64,000 bases of DNA from Candidatus Rariloculaceae bacterium (GTDB lineage: Bacteria > Pseudomonadota > Gammaproteobacteria > Steroidobacterales > Rariloculaceae): the NCBI GenBank assembly GCA_965262365.1, contig OZ253541.1, positions 5,015,989 through 5,079,988 of the forward strand, written 5' to 3'. Positions 47,328-58,428 of the stretch are shown here, piece by piece. Numbering within the stretch: the first letter of the stretch is position 1; each line of letters starts with the position of its first letter. The position numbers and the translations under genes are program-made. The notes under the pieces were generated by a model, which ran no database searches, was not told the DNA's origin, and saw nothing but the letters and a program-made list of their open reading frames with translations.

Positions 47328-49649
47328 ATGTCCGATTCCGAACGCGTCATTCGATGCATCGCCCTCCATTCCCTCGTGCCTTCCCCCGAGAACGTCAGAA
47401 AGACGCCCGCCGAAGGCGCGGCGTTCGCACAACTCAAAGCGTCCATCGCCGCCCACGGGTTGCTGGAAAACCTGCTGGTCCGCCGCCAGGCACCCGATAC
47501 CGATGCCGCCAGCCACTATGAGGTCGTGGCCGGCGGACGGCGCCTCGCGGCGCTCCGGGCACTCGCCGACGAGGGGGCTGTCGCCCCCGATCACCCCGTG
47601 CCCTGCCACGTGGTCACGGACCAGGACAACGCCGCCGAACTGTCCCTGGTGGAAAACACCGTGCGCGCGGCCATGCATCCCGCCGACCAAGTCGAGGCGT
47701 TCGCCAAACTCGCCGAGGCCGGGGGCACCGTCGCGGCGATCGCCGCCCGGTTCGGCGTTTCCGAGCGCACGGTGGAACAGCGGCTGCGCCTCGGCAACGC
47801 CGCGCCGGAGCTGCTCGATGCGTACCGGGCGGGAGACATGGGGTTGCAGTCCCTGCAGGCGTTCTGCGTCACCGCCGATGCCGGGCATCAACTCGCTGTG
47901 TGGGAGGAACTCAAGGCCCAGCACTACGGCCCGAGCGTCTGGCAGATCCGAAGGCTCCTGACCGAAGGCCGGATGCCCGCGACGGCGGCGCTTGCGCAGT
48001 TCGTCGGGGTGGCCGCGTACGAGAAGGCAGGCGGGGCGCTGACGCGCGACCTTTTCGCCGAGGAAGACGAAAGAGGCATCTGGTTCGACGATCCGGCGCT
48101 GCTTCGGAAGCTCGCCCTCGATCGGCTCGAAACCGCCGCCGAGGAGCTGCGCACGAAATGGTCCTGGGCCGAAGCCCGGGTCGAGGTCGAGTGGAGCGAC
48201 ACGGCCCGCTTTGCGCGGATCCGCCCGAAACCCGGCGAGCCCACCGCGGACGAAGCGAAGGAAGTGGAGCGAATGTCCGCCCGCCGCCAGGCGCTGACCG
48301 AACTCGAGGACGACGCTTGGACCGACGAAGCGGAATCGGAACTGGAGCGCATCGAGGCGCGTCTGGACGAGATCGAGCGCGCCGTCGCCGGCCGGGCCGT
48401 GTTCCGCCGCAAGGACATGGAGATGGCGGGCGCGATCGTCACCATCGCCGACGACGGCACGCTGCACGTGATCCAGGGGCTGGTGCGCCCCGAAGACCTC
48501 GCCGGTGCTGCGGGTCCTGCGGACGGCAATACCTCGGCCGTGAACGGGACTGGTCATGACGACGCCGATCCGAATGCCCGCCGTGCGCAGGACCCGGACC
48601 GGATTCAGCCGCCGGCGCTCTCGCGTCCCGATCCGGTACCCGATCCCGCGGCCGAGGCGCGCAAGCGTACGGGGATCGGGATCGGGTTGGGCGACGACCT
48701 TCGGGCGATCCGCACGTCGCTGATCAAGGCGCACCTGGCGCAGGATTTCTCGGCCGCGTTCGACCTGTGCGTGTTTCAGATGGCCCGCGCCGTGTTCCGG
48801 ACCGGGTATCGGCCGCATGCGCTGGATATTTCGGTCGTCGAGACCCGCGACCGGCCCCCGATTCGCGGCAACGACGAGCGCTTCGGCGAGGCGGCGCGTG
48901 GCGAGGCCCTGCTGGAACTCAACCGTTCGGTCCTGCCGTTGGACTGGCTTGAACTGGACGATGACGGCGACGCGTTTCAGGCGCTGCGGGAGCTGTCAGC
49001 GGACGAGAAACAATCGCTGTTCGCCGCCTGTGTGGCGCGCACCGTGAAGGGACAGCTCGCGTTCGAGCCCTCGGCGCGTCCCGAACTCGAAGCCACGGTG
49101 GCGCGGCTCGATATCGATTTCGCGGGGCTTTACCGGCCCGACGCGGAATTGTTCTGGAGCCGGTTGAACAAGGCGAAGATCCTGGAGATCGCGTCCCGGA
49201 CGCTCGGCCTCGACTGGGCCGGCGCGCGGGCGAAGTCCAAAAAAACGCTCCTGGTGTCGTCCATGGCACGGGCGTTTGCTGCCGATGACGAGCAGGCGCA
49301 GCACCTGCCCGCCAGGCTCCGCGCCGCGGCGCTCGAGTGGACGCCGCCCGGGTTCAAGGCGTTCGATGCCGGCGGGTCCGAGACCCACGCGGGCGACGCC
49401 GATGAAGCGGCGCCGACGAATGGAGAGATCGCCGCCGACACGGCAACGGCTCCGCACGATACGCCGCCATCGGCTCGGCCGGTCGAGCCCGGCAACGGGG
49501 CCCGCGCAGAGTCCGTATCGAGCGTCGACTCGCACGCGCCGAAACAGCCCGATGTCGCCGCCGCGCCGGACGGCACCGAGGCTCCCGCCGCCGGCAACGG
49601 CCACGACACGCCGTCCGCGCTGCCGGCTTTTCTGCGTCCCGCGACGTAG
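47328..49649 (+). CDS. parB: ParB/RepB/Spo0J-family protein (long ICE/plasmid type)
   Basis: NVRK, GLLENLLV, VVAGGRR, SLVEN..R, HTH, YEKAGG..DLF. Confidence 0.88.
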   Translation: MSDSERVIRCIALHSLVPSPENVRKTPAEGAAFAQLKASIAAHGLLENLLVRRQAPDTDAASHYEVVAGGRRLAALRALADEGAVAPDHPVPCHVVTDQDNAAELSLVENTVRAAMHPADQVEAFAKLAEAGGTVAAIAARFGVSERTVEQRLRLGNAAPELLDAYRAGDMGLQSLQAFCVTADAGHQLAVWEELKAQHYGPSVWQIRRLLTEGRMPATAALAQFVGVAAYEKAGGALTRDLFAEEDERGIWFDDPALLRKLALDRLETAAEELRTKWSWAEARVEVEWSDTARFARIRPKPGEPTADEAKEVERMSARRQALTELEDDAWTDEAESELERIEARLDEIERAVAGRAVFRRKDMEMAGAIVTIADDGTLHVIQGLVRPEDLAGAAGPADGNTSAVNGTGHDDADPNARRAQDPDRIQPPALSRPDPVPDPAAEARKRTGIGIGLGDDLRAIRTSLIKAHLAQDFSAAFDLCVFQMARAVFRTGYRPHALDISVVETRDRPPIRGNDERFGEAARGEALLELNRSVLPLDWLELDDDGDAFQALRELSADEKQSLFAACVARTVKGQLAFEPSARPELEATVARLDIDFAGLYRPDAELFWSRLNKAKILEIASRTLGLDWAGARAKSKKTLLVSSMARAFAADDEQAQHLPARLRAAALEWTPPGFKAFDAGGSETHAGDADEAAPTNGEIAADTATAPHDTPPSARPVEPGNGARAESVSSVDSHAPKQPDVAAAPDGTEAPAAGNGHDTPSALPAFLRPAT

Positions 49650-49729
49650 TTCTTCGCGACCGGGTTTTCATTGCCCGACCGTTCGGCCCCGCCGCCGATC
49701 CACCGGTGGGGCCTGTTTGACTTCGAGAC

Positions 49730-51484
49730 ATGCAGGAGATGTTCACGATGCACCGTCCCACCGATCCCACCACATCGCCCATCCGGGCGCGAATCCACGA
49801 GCGCGCGCTCAGCCGCGTGACGAAGCTCTTCAATGCGGGCCTCGGCGACATCTTCGCCGAACTGCTCCAGAATGCCCGCCGCGGCGGCGCCGGGCGCATC
49901 GACGTCACCGTCGAGCGCATCCCGGCCCAATTCGAGGGCGACCGGCTCGTCACCGTCACCGACGACGGCGCCGGCATCGCCGATCCGGCGGTGCTCTTGT
50001 CCTTCGGCGAATCGGGATGGGATGCCGGGACGGCCGAACGCGAGGATGCCGCCGGCATGGGGCTCCTGTCGCTCGCGCGGCGCGGTTGCGTCGTGGGCTC
50101 GCGCGTGCATACCGGCGGGACGGAACCGGCGCCAGGCTGGCGGTTGCTGCTCACGCCCGATCATTTTCTGGGCTGCGACGACGCCCAGGCCGTGCCCGAT
50201 GACGAAGCGCCGTCTCCCAGCGGCACCGCCATTGCGTTGGTGGCGCACGAAACCGCCGAGACGATCCAGGCGGCCGTCGCGACCGCCGCGCGCTACGCGC
50301 CCCTTCCCGTGACATTCAATGCAGAGGCCGTGCCCCAGGAATCGTTTCTCGACGGCGCCTGCCACACCGAACGCTGGGCCGGACTCACGCTCGGCGTGTT
50401 CAGGAACCGCCACGATCCGTTCAACCACCCGGACCTGAACTTCCACGGCCTGACGCTGAACGTGCGCCTGCCCCGGGTTCAGACCCTGGACGGGGACACC
50501 TGGTCGGCGCGCGCCGACGTCGAGTCGTGCCCGGAGTTGGAACTGGTGCTGCCGGCGCGCAAGGAAGCCGTGGAGACGCCGTTCCTCGCCACTCTGCGCG
50601 AGGCCGTGCGCGAGCCCATCTATCACGCGCTCGCGGTGGCGGACCCGGCACCCCGGGTCGCTTGGAAGGACCACCGCGACGCCGCCCGGCTGGGCATCCC
50701 GCTGCCGGTCGCGCCAGCGGAACTGCGCCCCTGGCGGCCCGCCACGGCGGACGTGGACGACTGGCGCGAAGCGATGCCGTTCACGCCCGTCGCGGACGAT
50801 GCGCTCGTCATGGCGTACGACCCCGATCCCCCGGAGGCCCAGGCGCTGTACCGGGCCGCCGAGCAGGCGGGGCTCCACCAACGGCTGTTCGAGGCCGACA
50901 GGCGCCTGGAGGGCTATCCCTGGTACGACGCGCTGGCGAGGGTGCGTAACCTCCACGTGGAGATCACCGCCGGGGACGCCGTCCGTTGGCTCGATACGCT
51001 GCGCTCGACCTCGCCCGACGCCGCGGCTTCACCGTCCACCCCGGACACGCCGATCCGTCCCCAGGCGATCCGGATGCACCTGGAACTGGTGCGCGCTGGC
51101 AAACCGCGGGCGCCGATGTCGATTCCGGCCGATGTCGTCTTTCTGGGCGAGGCCTACACCTGGGCCGGCGAAGCGCGCCCGCTTGTGACCGCCGACAGCG
51201 CCATCGAGCCCGAGACCCTGGCCCGGTTGTTGCGCGACGGATTCTTCAGCCCGTCGGATGACGCCGCCGCGGATGCCTGGGAAACGCAGTCGGTCCGCTT
51301 CGACGAGGAGGCGCTGCACATCGCCCTGAAACTCCTTTCCTCGGAGGACGAGGCGCGCCGGCGCACCATCGCCCAGGCGGTGTGGCGGGAGATTCTGTGG
51401 CTCATGCCCAAGGACCGCGCCGTGGACATCGCCATCCGCAACGGCGACGTCGCCGTGACGCTCGGTCCCCTGGCCGGGCGCTGA
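49730..51484 (+). CDS. GHKL (HATPase_c) ATP-binding protein
   Basis: ELLQNA, DDGAGI, AGMG Bergerat-fold boxes. Confidence 0.8.
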   Translation: MQEMFTMHRPTDPTTSPIRARIHERALSRVTKLFNAGLGDIFAELLQNARRGGAGRIDVTVERIPAQFEGDRLVTVTDDGAGIADPAVLLSFGESGWDAGTAEREDAAGMGLLSLARRGCVVGSRVHTGGTEPAPGWRLLLTPDHFLGCDDAQAVPDDEAPSPSGTAIALVAHETAETIQAAVATAARYAPLPVTFNAEAVPQESFLDGACHTERWAGLTLGVFRNRHDPFNHPDLNFHGLTLNVRLPRVQTLDGDTWSARADVESCPELELVLPARKEAVETPFLATLREAVREPIYHALAVADPAPRVAWKDHRDAARLGIPLPVAPAELRPWRPATADVDDWREAMPFTPVADDALVMAYDPDPPEAQALYRAAEQAGLHQRLFEADRRLEGYPWYDALARVRNLHVEITAGDAVRWLDTLRSTSPDAAASPSTPDTPIRPQAIRMHLELVRAGKPRAPMSIPADVVFLGEAYTWAGEARPLVTADSAIEPETLARLLRDGFFSPSDDAAADAWETQSVRFDEEALHIALKLLSSEDEARRRTIAQAVWREILWLMPKDRAVDIAIRNGDVAVTLGPLAGR

Positions 51485-51582
51485 ACCCCCTGGCGGGGCG
51501 CTGATTGCCCCGGCCGGCCGCGGCGCCGGCCGCCCGCCGAACCCGTTTCTTTCCCTTCAATTCCATCCACCAGGAGCGTTTC

Positions 51583-52002
51583 ATGCAACTCATCACCTCC
51601 GCGCTGCGCGAACAACTGCTCGCCAACGGCGCCCGCCGCGACACCGATCACGTCCCGGTACTCAAGCTGTTCAATCCCGTCGGCGCGGCCACGTGGCTCG
51701 TGACCGAAATGGATCCCGAAGACAACGATTATCTCTTCGGCCTGGCCGATCTGGGTCTGGGGTTCCCGGAACTGGGCGGTATCAGCCTCTCCGAGCTTCA
51801 GGCGTATCGCGGACCGCTGGGGCTCGGCATCGAGCGGGATCTCTACTTCAGGCCGAAGTTTCCACTTTCCATTTACACCGAGGCCGCCCGTGGCGCCCGG
51901 CGCATCGTCGAGTCCGGCCCGGACCTCGAGGACGCTGCCCGCCAGCTCGGCGCCTGCGCCGCTAACCCGTCCGATGCCCACGCCCCAGGGGTCGCCTCGT
52001 GA
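51583..52002 (+). CDS. DUF2958-family protein
   Basis: KLFNP.GAATWL.TE, LFGLADLG.GFPELG, IERDLYF. Confidence 0.85.
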   Translation: MQLITSALREQLLANGARRDTDHVPVLKLFNPVGAATWLVTEMDPEDNDYLFGLADLGLGFPELGGISLSELQAYRGPLGLGIERDLYFRPKFPLSIYTEAARGARRIVESGPDLEDAARQLGACAANPSDAHAPGVAS

Positions 52003-52292
52003 GCGCCGCCGCGCTGTTTCCGAACGCCTTGCCCGCCGGTCATGACCGTCACCGAGAGGCGCTGCTCATCGTCGACCCGGGCGCGTCCAACCCGTCCGGT
52101 GTGGCGCTCTCGGTCTTCAACGCCTGCCGCCAGGTGATCGGGGAGGGCGGCAACCCGACCACCGATCCGGCGGTGCGCCTGATGGTCACCCAGCTTTCTT
52201 TCCTGGTAAACAGCCACGGGAACCTCGATCTCGCCGAATACGGCGCGTTGATGGAGGCGTGTCAGGCGAAGACCAGGGGCTCCGTGCCGTAG
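51999..52292 (+). CDS. Hypothetical protein
   Basis: GTGA overlap; same orientation as the operon. Confidence 0.6.
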   Translation: MSAAALFPNALPAGHDRHREALLIVDPGASNPSGVALSVFNACRQVIGEGGNPTTDPAVRLMVTQLSFLVNSHGNLDLAEYGALMEACQAKTRGSVP

Positions 52293-52386
52293 CCCTTGGC
52301 GCAGTCCAGCGTTCCTTTCTCGTGCCCGGCCGCGGTCAACCCCGCCGCCGGGCGTTTTTCGTTCCATCGCCTCCCGGAGTTACGCC

Positions 52387-52881
52387 ATGTCCGTCAGTCG
52401 ATCCGCCGCCACCGCGCCGGCCGCACCTCCCGCTCCATCGCCGGCCGCCCACCCCATGGGCCCGCGCCACGGCCGGGGCCTCTCGCCCAAGTTTTCGGCA
52501 TTCTTGTGTTGGCTGCTCGACCTGCCGGCCATGACCGACCCGGCCATTGTCGATGCGGTCGTGACCGGCGATTGCGTGTTTGTCGCCACGACCGACGACC
52601 CTTCATTCAACCATCTTCTGGGGTCCTGGCAGGACTGCAAGGCGAATCTGCGCGGTTGGGGAGATGCCTGCGCCGCCAGTCCCCACACCGTGGATGCGCT
52701 CATCGCCAAGGCCCGCCACGGCGCCGGCTGCGTGCCCGGCGTCGAGCCGTCCCCATCCCCCGACCCTGCCCATCCCCACCGGGAGGCCGAGCCGGGCCGC
52801 GGACGCTCGAATCGCGAATGCCCGAGCGGGATCGCCGCTGCACTTCCACCCACATTGCCCACACGGAGATCGACACCATGA
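52387..52881 (+). CDS. Hypothetical protein
   Basis: GGAG RBS; coupled to the next gene. Confidence 0.5.
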   Translation: MSVSRSAATAPAAPPAPSPAAHPMGPRHGRGLSPKFSAFLCWLLDLPAMTDPAIVDAVVTGDCVFVATTDDPSFNHLLGSWQDCKANLRGWGDACAASPHTVDALIAKARHGAGCVPGVEPSPSPDPAHPHREAEPGRGRSNRECPSGIAAALPPTLPTRRSTP

Positions 52882-53120
52882 CCGGAACCCATATCACCGA
52901 CGAACACCGGCGCGCCTTCGAGGCTCTGACGAGCGGCGACTACGACAACTTTTTGCTCTTCTCATGCTTTATCGACGGAGCGCCCGGCGCCGCCATCGCG
53001 GCCGTCAACGCGTGCCCGCCCGCCGAGGACGGCGGCGAACCCGAAGTCACCCTTAGCCCCATCTTCGTCAGCGTTACGGAGGCAATGACGCTCACCGATC
53101 ACGACGGCCGGGAGGCATGA
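52878..53120 (+). CDS. Small conserved-type hypothetical protein
   Basis: GGAG RBS; ATGA overlap. Confidence 0.55.
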   Translation: MTGTHITDEHRRAFEALTSGDYDNFLLFSCFIDGAPGAAIAAVNACPPAEDGGEPEVTLSPIFVSVTEAMTLTDHDGREA

Positions 53121-53349
53121 GCCGCGTTTCGCCGATTCCTGCCCGTTCCCCATCCCCGTCCCACCCGAATGCCGGGCACCGATCGAACGCGGCGCGCTCA
53201 TCGTTCTCGATCGCTCCGGCGGCAACGACAACGGCGCCGACGGGAGGCGGGGCCGCTTGGGCGGGTCGGGTCCGGACCGAAGGGGAGCGTGTTCCTCGTT
53301 CTCCGCGCGCCGGCCCGTTCGCCATCCATCCACCTGAAGGAGTCCATCG

Positions 53350-56300
53350 ATGCCCGATGCGCCGTCACAGCGTGTGTCCCCACGCCCGAATTCGCCGCTT
53401 GCCCAACCTGCGGCGTACAGCGCAAAATCCGCCTGCCTGCTGGCGGCCGCGCGCACGCTCCTGACCACGCTGCAGAACGGCTGTCTGCTCAGCGCAGCTG
53501 TGCTGCGCGAGGCCATGACCGGCGCATTCGGGGGCACCGATGCCGATGGCGCGTGGCTCTGGAAGGACGCCTACGACGCCGCCGAAGCCGCGGTTGTCTT
53601 GTTCATCAAGCGCTACGGAACGGCGATGCGCCGCGAAGCGGGTGCCGGCCCGCAGGGCCCCGCCGCCATGCTCGCGATGCTCCAACGCCTGGCCGCGCTT
53701 GAACCCTCCCATACGCGCCGCTCCGAGGAACAGGTCCGCCTGCAGCAGTTCTCCACGCCCTTGCCCCTGGCCTATGCCGCGGTGCAGGCAGCCACGATCC
53801 GGCCCGGCGACCGGGTGCTGGAGCCCTCGGCGGGCACCGGCATCCTCGCCGTCATGGCCCACTGTTCGCTCGGCGCAGCCGCCAGCCAGCGGCTTTACCT
53901 CAACGAACTCGCGCCGACGCGGGCGGGGCTTTTGGAACAACTCTTTCCAGGCGTCTCTGTGGACCGGCGTAATGCCGAGACCATCGCCGACTACCTGCCC
54001 GGGCTCGTACCGTCGGTGGTGCTGATGAACCCGCCGTTCTCCGTCAGCCCCGGGGTCGAGCGCCGCCGCCATGACGCGGACCTGCGCCATATCCGTTCCG
54101 CGTTCTCCATGCTGCCGCCGGGCGGGCGGCTCGTGGCCATTACCTCCCACTCATGTATCCCCGGCAGCCCGGCCTGGCAAGGCGCGTTCCGGTATCTCGA
54201 CCCGCCCGCGCAAGCCGTGTTCTCCATGGCCATCGAGGGTCGCGCGTATGCCCGTCACGGCACCTCGTTCGACACCCGCCTGACGGTCCTCGACCGGTTG
54301 ACGCGCGAGGCGTGCGACGACACCGGCCTGTCCTTCGATCCCGGCATCGCCGCGCCCGATGCCGCGGCTTTGCTCCAAGCCGTGCAAGCTCAGGTGTCGC
54401 CCCGCCGGCCGCTTGACCCGGAACCCGGCGCGCGTCGGCCCGCCGGCGGGTTCTCCCTCGAACCGCCGCCGACCGTCGCAGGCAACGGAAACGCAGCCGC
54501 CCCGGACGCCCGCCCCGCCAGCCGGCCCGAGCCAGCCACCGTTTGGGGGCCCGTCGCCGATCTCGACTACGAGACCGCATCGCAAATGACGGATCCCGCC
54601 GAGGGTAATTCTCCAGTTTGCCGTGCGCCAGCACCGTCGGCGGGACCGTACGAGCCCTGGCGGCCCGCCACCGTCGCGATCGGCGGGGCCCAGCCCCATC
54701 CCACACCCCTGGTGCAGTCCGCGGCGATGGCCACGGTCGCTCATCCGCGCCCGGCCTACCGCCCGAAACTACCGCTCGACCTCGTCGCCAAGGGGCGACT
54801 GTCCGATGCGCAACTCGAAAGCGTGATCCTCGCGGGCCAGGCCCACGAGCGGCGCCTGCCGGCAAACTTCTGCATCGGCGAAGGCTGGGAAACCCTCCAA
54901 CGCGTCGACGGTGCTGCGCACGGCAGTCCTGCGGGCGACAGTGTTCCGGACGCCAATTCCGAGCACGGCAGCCCGACCGAAGACGGGGAGGTGCTCTCAT
55001 CCCCGGTTCGTTTCCGCCGCGGCTGGATGCTCGGCGACGGCACCGGCTGCGGCAAGGGCCGCCAGGTCGCCGGCATCGTTCTGGATCAATGGCTGCGGGG
55101 CAACCGCCGCGCGCTGTGGCTGTCGGCTTCGGACAAGCTGCTCGAAGACGCCCGGCGCGACTGGACCGCCATCGGCGGTGTCGAATCCGATGTCATTGCG
55201 CTGGGGAAGATTCGCCGCGGCGCAGCCGTTCCCCACCGCCAGGGAATCCTCTTCGCCACCTACGCCGCGCTTCGCAGTCCGTCCCGGCAGGGCTCGCTGT
55301 CGCGACTGAAACAAATCGTCAATTGGCTGGCCGGCGGACTGGACGAGCAGAGCCGCCACGCCTTCTCCGGCGTGATTGTGTTCGATGAGGCCCACGCCAT
55401 GGCCAATGCGGCCGGCTCCAAGGGAAGCCGCGGCGATGTCGCCCCGTCCCAGCAGGGCCGCGCAGGCTTGCGCCTGCAGAACGCGCTGCCCGATGCACGC
55501 ATCCTGTATGTATCCGCCACCGGCGCCACGACCCTGGCCGGTCTTGCGTATGCCCAACGCTTGGGTCTCTGGGGGACCGAAGAAACCCCGTTCGAGAAAC
55601 GCACCGACTTCGTCAGCGCGATGGAATCGGGCGGTGTGGCCGCCATGGAAGTGGTCGCGCGGGATCTGAAGGCACTCGGTCTCTACCAGGCTCGGGCGCT
55701 GTCCTATGACGGCGTGGAAGTGGAACTGCTCGAACACGCCCTGACAGACGAGCAGCGGCGGATCTATGACTCGTATGCGCAAGCATTCAAGATCATCCAT
55801 GCCCATCTGGAACAGGCCTTGCAAAGTACAGGTATCTCGGACAATGAGCGCACGCTCAACCGCAACGCCAAGTCCGCCGCGATGTCCGCGTTCGAGGGTG
55901 CCAAACAGCGGTTTTTCGGACACCTGCTGACCTCCATGAAGTGCCCGGCGCTCATCCGCGCCATCGAAGCCGACCGGGACGCCGGCCGTGCGTCCGTGAT
56001 CCAGCTCGTCTCCACCGGAGAGGCGCTGATGGAGCGGCGCATCGCCGAGGTGCCCACGTCGGAATGGAACGACCTCAACATCGATCTGACGCCGCGGGAG
56101 TCGATCCTCTCGTACCTGGCCCACGCGTTTCCGGTGCAGTTGCAGGAACCGTTCACGGACGAGGAGGGGAACCTGCTCTCGCGCCCGGTCTACGACGATG
56201 ACGGCAATCCTGTGCTTTCCCAGGATGCGGTCGCGGCCCGCGATGCGCTGATCGAGCAACTGGCGGCCTTGCTGGCCGTGCCCGCGGCGCTGGATCAATT

Positions 56301-57909
56301 GCTCCACCACTTCGGTCACGAAGCGGTAGCCGAAGTGACCGGCCGCTCGCGTCGCGTGTTGAAGATCATGGACTCGACCGGTGAGCGCCTGGCCCTGAAG
56401 AGCCGCCCCGCGTCCGCCAACCTTTCAGAGACCGCTGCGTTCATGGACGGGTCCAAAAAAATCCTGGTCTTCTCCATGGCAGGCGGCACCGGGCGCAGTT
56501 ACCACGCCGCGCTCGATTGCGGTCACACCGCCCGCCGCGTTCACTACCTGCTCGAACCCGGGTGGCGGGCCGAGCTGGCGATCCAGGGCCTGGGCCGGAC
56601 CCATCGCACGCACCAGGCCTGCGCGCCCGTGTTCCGCCCGGTCACCACCGACGTGAAGGGCGAACGGCGGTTCATTGCCACCATCGCGAGAAGGCTGGAC
56701 AGCCTCGGGGCGCTGACCCGTGGGCAGCGGGATTCGCAGTCGTCTTTGGGCGGCGGCGATGCGGCGCTCTTCAAGGCCCGCGACAACCTGGAAAGCCTGT
56801 ACGCTCGGGCCGCGCTTCGCCAGTTCTACGGCGCGTTGTGGGCCGGGTACATCCCCGGCTGGTCGCTCGACCGGTTCGAGACGGCGACGGGCCTGAAACT
56901 CACCTGGGAAGGGACACTGAAAGAAGACCTGCCGCCGATGCCGAGGTTCCTCAACCGGCTGCTGGCGCTGCCCATCGATGAGCAGAACGAATTGTTCGCC
57001 CAACTCGAAGAACGCATCGACGCGAACATCGAGCAGGCGATGGAGGCCGGCACCTACGAGCAGGGCGTGGAGAACATCCTCGCCGATACCCTGCGGGCGG
57101 CATCCCGGGAGGTACTGCAGACCCATGAGAGAACCGGGGCGGCCACCGAGTTGGTCGAGATCGTGCGCCGGAACCGCCTGGAACCGCTGACCGCTGACGC
57201 GGCGTTGCAACTGCGAGGTCAGGCCCTGGTTGCCGGCCGCAAGGCCGCTTTACTGGTCAACGGCCGCTCGAACCGCGCCGCCGTGCGAGTGCCCGCGCCG
57301 TCGCGGATGCTGGAGGACGGCGGCATCCAGCCGCGGGTGCGCCTGCTGCGTCCCGCCTCGCGCGACACCGCCGCCGAGGCGGCGCTCGCCGCGTCCCACT
57401 GGCGCGAGGCCGACGAAAGCGAATGGCGCACGCTGTGGGATTTGGAGGTGCAATCGCTGCCGAGCCACACCGAATCGCGCCTGTGGCTGGTGACGGGTTT
57501 GTTGTTGCCCGTATGGGACCGCTTGCCCAAGGAAGACCTGCGCGTGCGCCGGCTCCGGACCGATGATGGCGAGGCCCTGATCGGCCGGGTTCTGAACCCC
57601 GAGCAGGCCACTGCGTTGCGCAGGACGTTCGGACTCGGTACCGGTCCACTCCCAAGCCCTGCCGAGGTGTACGAAGCGTTAACGCAGCGCGCAGCGCCGT
57701 TCAGCCTCGCCAACCGCTGGCGCCTGGTGCGACGACGCCTGATGGGGGCCGAGCGGATCGAGCTCGATGGCCCGGTCGACACTGATCTGCCGGTACTGAA
57801 ACGCCTCGGGTGCATGACAGAAATCATCGCCTGGCGCACCCGCGTGTTCGTGCCCGGCGCCCGGGCCGTCGAGCGGATCCTGGCACGCTACCCGCTCGAT
57901 AGGGGATAG
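53350..57909 (+). CDS. Strawberry-notch-family methyltransferase/SF2 helicase fusion
   Basis: QFSTP, LEPSAGTG, MNPPF; LSDAQLE, GDGTGCGKGRQ, FDEAH, SATG, AGGTGRSYHA, QGLGRTHRT. Confidence 0.92.
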   Translation: MPDAPSQRVSPRPNSPLAQPAAYSAKSACLLAAARTLLTTLQNGCLLSAAVLREAMTGAFGGTDADGAWLWKDAYDAAEAAVVLFIKRYGTAMRREAGAGPQGPAAMLAMLQRLAALEPSHTRRSEEQVRLQQFSTPLPLAYAAVQAATIRPGDRVLEPSAGTGILAVMAHCSLGAAASQRLYLNELAPTRAGLLEQLFPGVSVDRRNAETIADYLPGLVPSVVLMNPPFSVSPGVERRRHDADLRHIRSAFSMLPPGGRLVAITSHSCIPGSPAWQGAFRYLDPPAQAVFSMAIEGRAYARHGTSFDTRLTVLDRLTREACDDTGLSFDPGIAAPDAAALLQAVQAQVSPRRPLDPEPGARRPAGGFSLEPPPTVAGNGNAAAPDARPASRPEPATVWGPVADLDYETASQMTDPAEGNSPVCRAPAPSAGPYEPWRPATVAIGGAQPHPTPLVQSAAMATVAHPRPAYRPKLPLDLVAKGRLSDAQLESVILAGQAHERRLPANFCIGEGWETLQRVDGAAHGSPAGDSVPDANSEHGSPTEDGEVLSSPVRFRRGWMLGDGTGCGKGRQVAGIVLDQWLRGNRRALWLSASDKLLEDARRDWTAIGGVESDVIALGKIRRGAAVPHRQGILFATYAALRSPSRQGSLSRLKQIVNWLAGGLDEQSRHAFSGVIVFDEAHAMANAAGSKGSRGDVAPSQQGRAGLRLQNALPDARILYVSATGATTLAGLAYAQRLGLWGTEETPFEKRTDFVSAMESGGVAAMEVVARDLKALGLYQARALSYDGVEVELLEHALTDEQRRIYDSYAQAFKIIHAHLEQALQSTGISDNERTLNRNAKSAAMSAFEGAKQRFFGHLLTSMKCPALIRAIEADRDAGRASVIQLVSTGEALMERRIAEVPTSEWNDLNIDLTPRESILSYLAHAFPVQLQEPFTDEEGNLLSRPVYDDDGNPVLSQDAVAARDALIEQLAALLAVPAALDQLLHHFGHEAVAEVTGRSRRVLKIMDSTGERLALKSRPASANLSETAAFMDGSKKILVFSMAGGTGRSYHAALDCGHTARRVHYLLEPGWRAELAIQGLGRTHRTHQACAPVFRPVTTDVKGERRFIATIARRLDSLGALTRGQRDSQSSLGGGDAALFKARDNLESLYARAALRQFYGALWAGYIPGWSLDRFETATGLKLTWEGTLKEDLPPMPRFLNRLLALPIDEQNELFAQLEERIDANIEQAMEAGTYEQGVENILADTLRAASREVLQTHERTGAATELVEIVRRNRLEPLTADAALQLRGQALVAGRKAALLVNGRSNRAAVRVPAPSRMLEDGGIQPRVRLLRPASRDTAAEAALAASHWREADESEWRTLWDLEVQSLPSHTESRLWLVTGLLLPVWDRLPKEDLRVRRLRTDDGEALIGRVLNPEQATALRRTFGLGTGPLPSPAEVYEALTQRAAPFSLANRWRLVRRRLMGAERIELDGPVDTDLPVLKRLGCMTEIIAWRTRVFVPGARAVERILARYPLDRG

Positions 57910-58028
57910 GCCTGGGACTTTTCATCATATACGTATGGCCGGCCTCTCACCGACTCCGGCACACGGGTTGCCGGCTCGCCGGCCGTTCCCCCCAACCACT
58001 TCACTTTCACCCACAGGAGGGCCAAATC

Positions 58029-58298
58029 ATGGCGCCCACCAGCATCTTGCCCGACAACCCCGTGTACGCGTTCGTGCCCGCGTACGCGCCGGCCGATCAG
58101 CCTCAACCCATCCGAATCGTGTTCGAGGCGCTGCCCGGTTACGTCCCCACGGCACTGGTCGCGCTGAATCTCGCCGATGCGGAACGGTTGTGCACCAAAC
58201 TCAACGCCCGGCTCGGTCTCGACCCCGAGGCGTGGATGAACATGGCCGCGCGCGCCATGCGCGAGTCCGAACGGCCGCCCGGCGGCGTGTGGCACTGA
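58029..58298 (+). CDS. Hypothetical protein
   Basis: AGGAGG RBS. Confidence 0.6.
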   Translation: MAPTSILPDNPVYAFVPAYAPADQPQPIRIVFEALPGYVPTALVALNLADAERLCTKLNARLGLDPEAWMNMAARAMRESERPPGGVWH

Positions 58299-58428
58299 AT
58301 CGCCGCGTCCGCTTCCGAACGACGCCCCCAATGTGCGGCACATCGCCGAGCGAGACGAACGCCCCCGCCGCGGCGGGGGCCGACAGCGCGTTCGCCCGGG
58401 GCGCACCGGCCGGCCCGCCGTCCATTGC

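Noticed and set aside
46881-50956. Long minus-strand ORFs (645 aa, 608 aa), and similar ones at 883-2217, 39344-40693 and 41943-43241
   Set aside because: These are antisense shadows of GC3-rich genes with no recognisable motifs.
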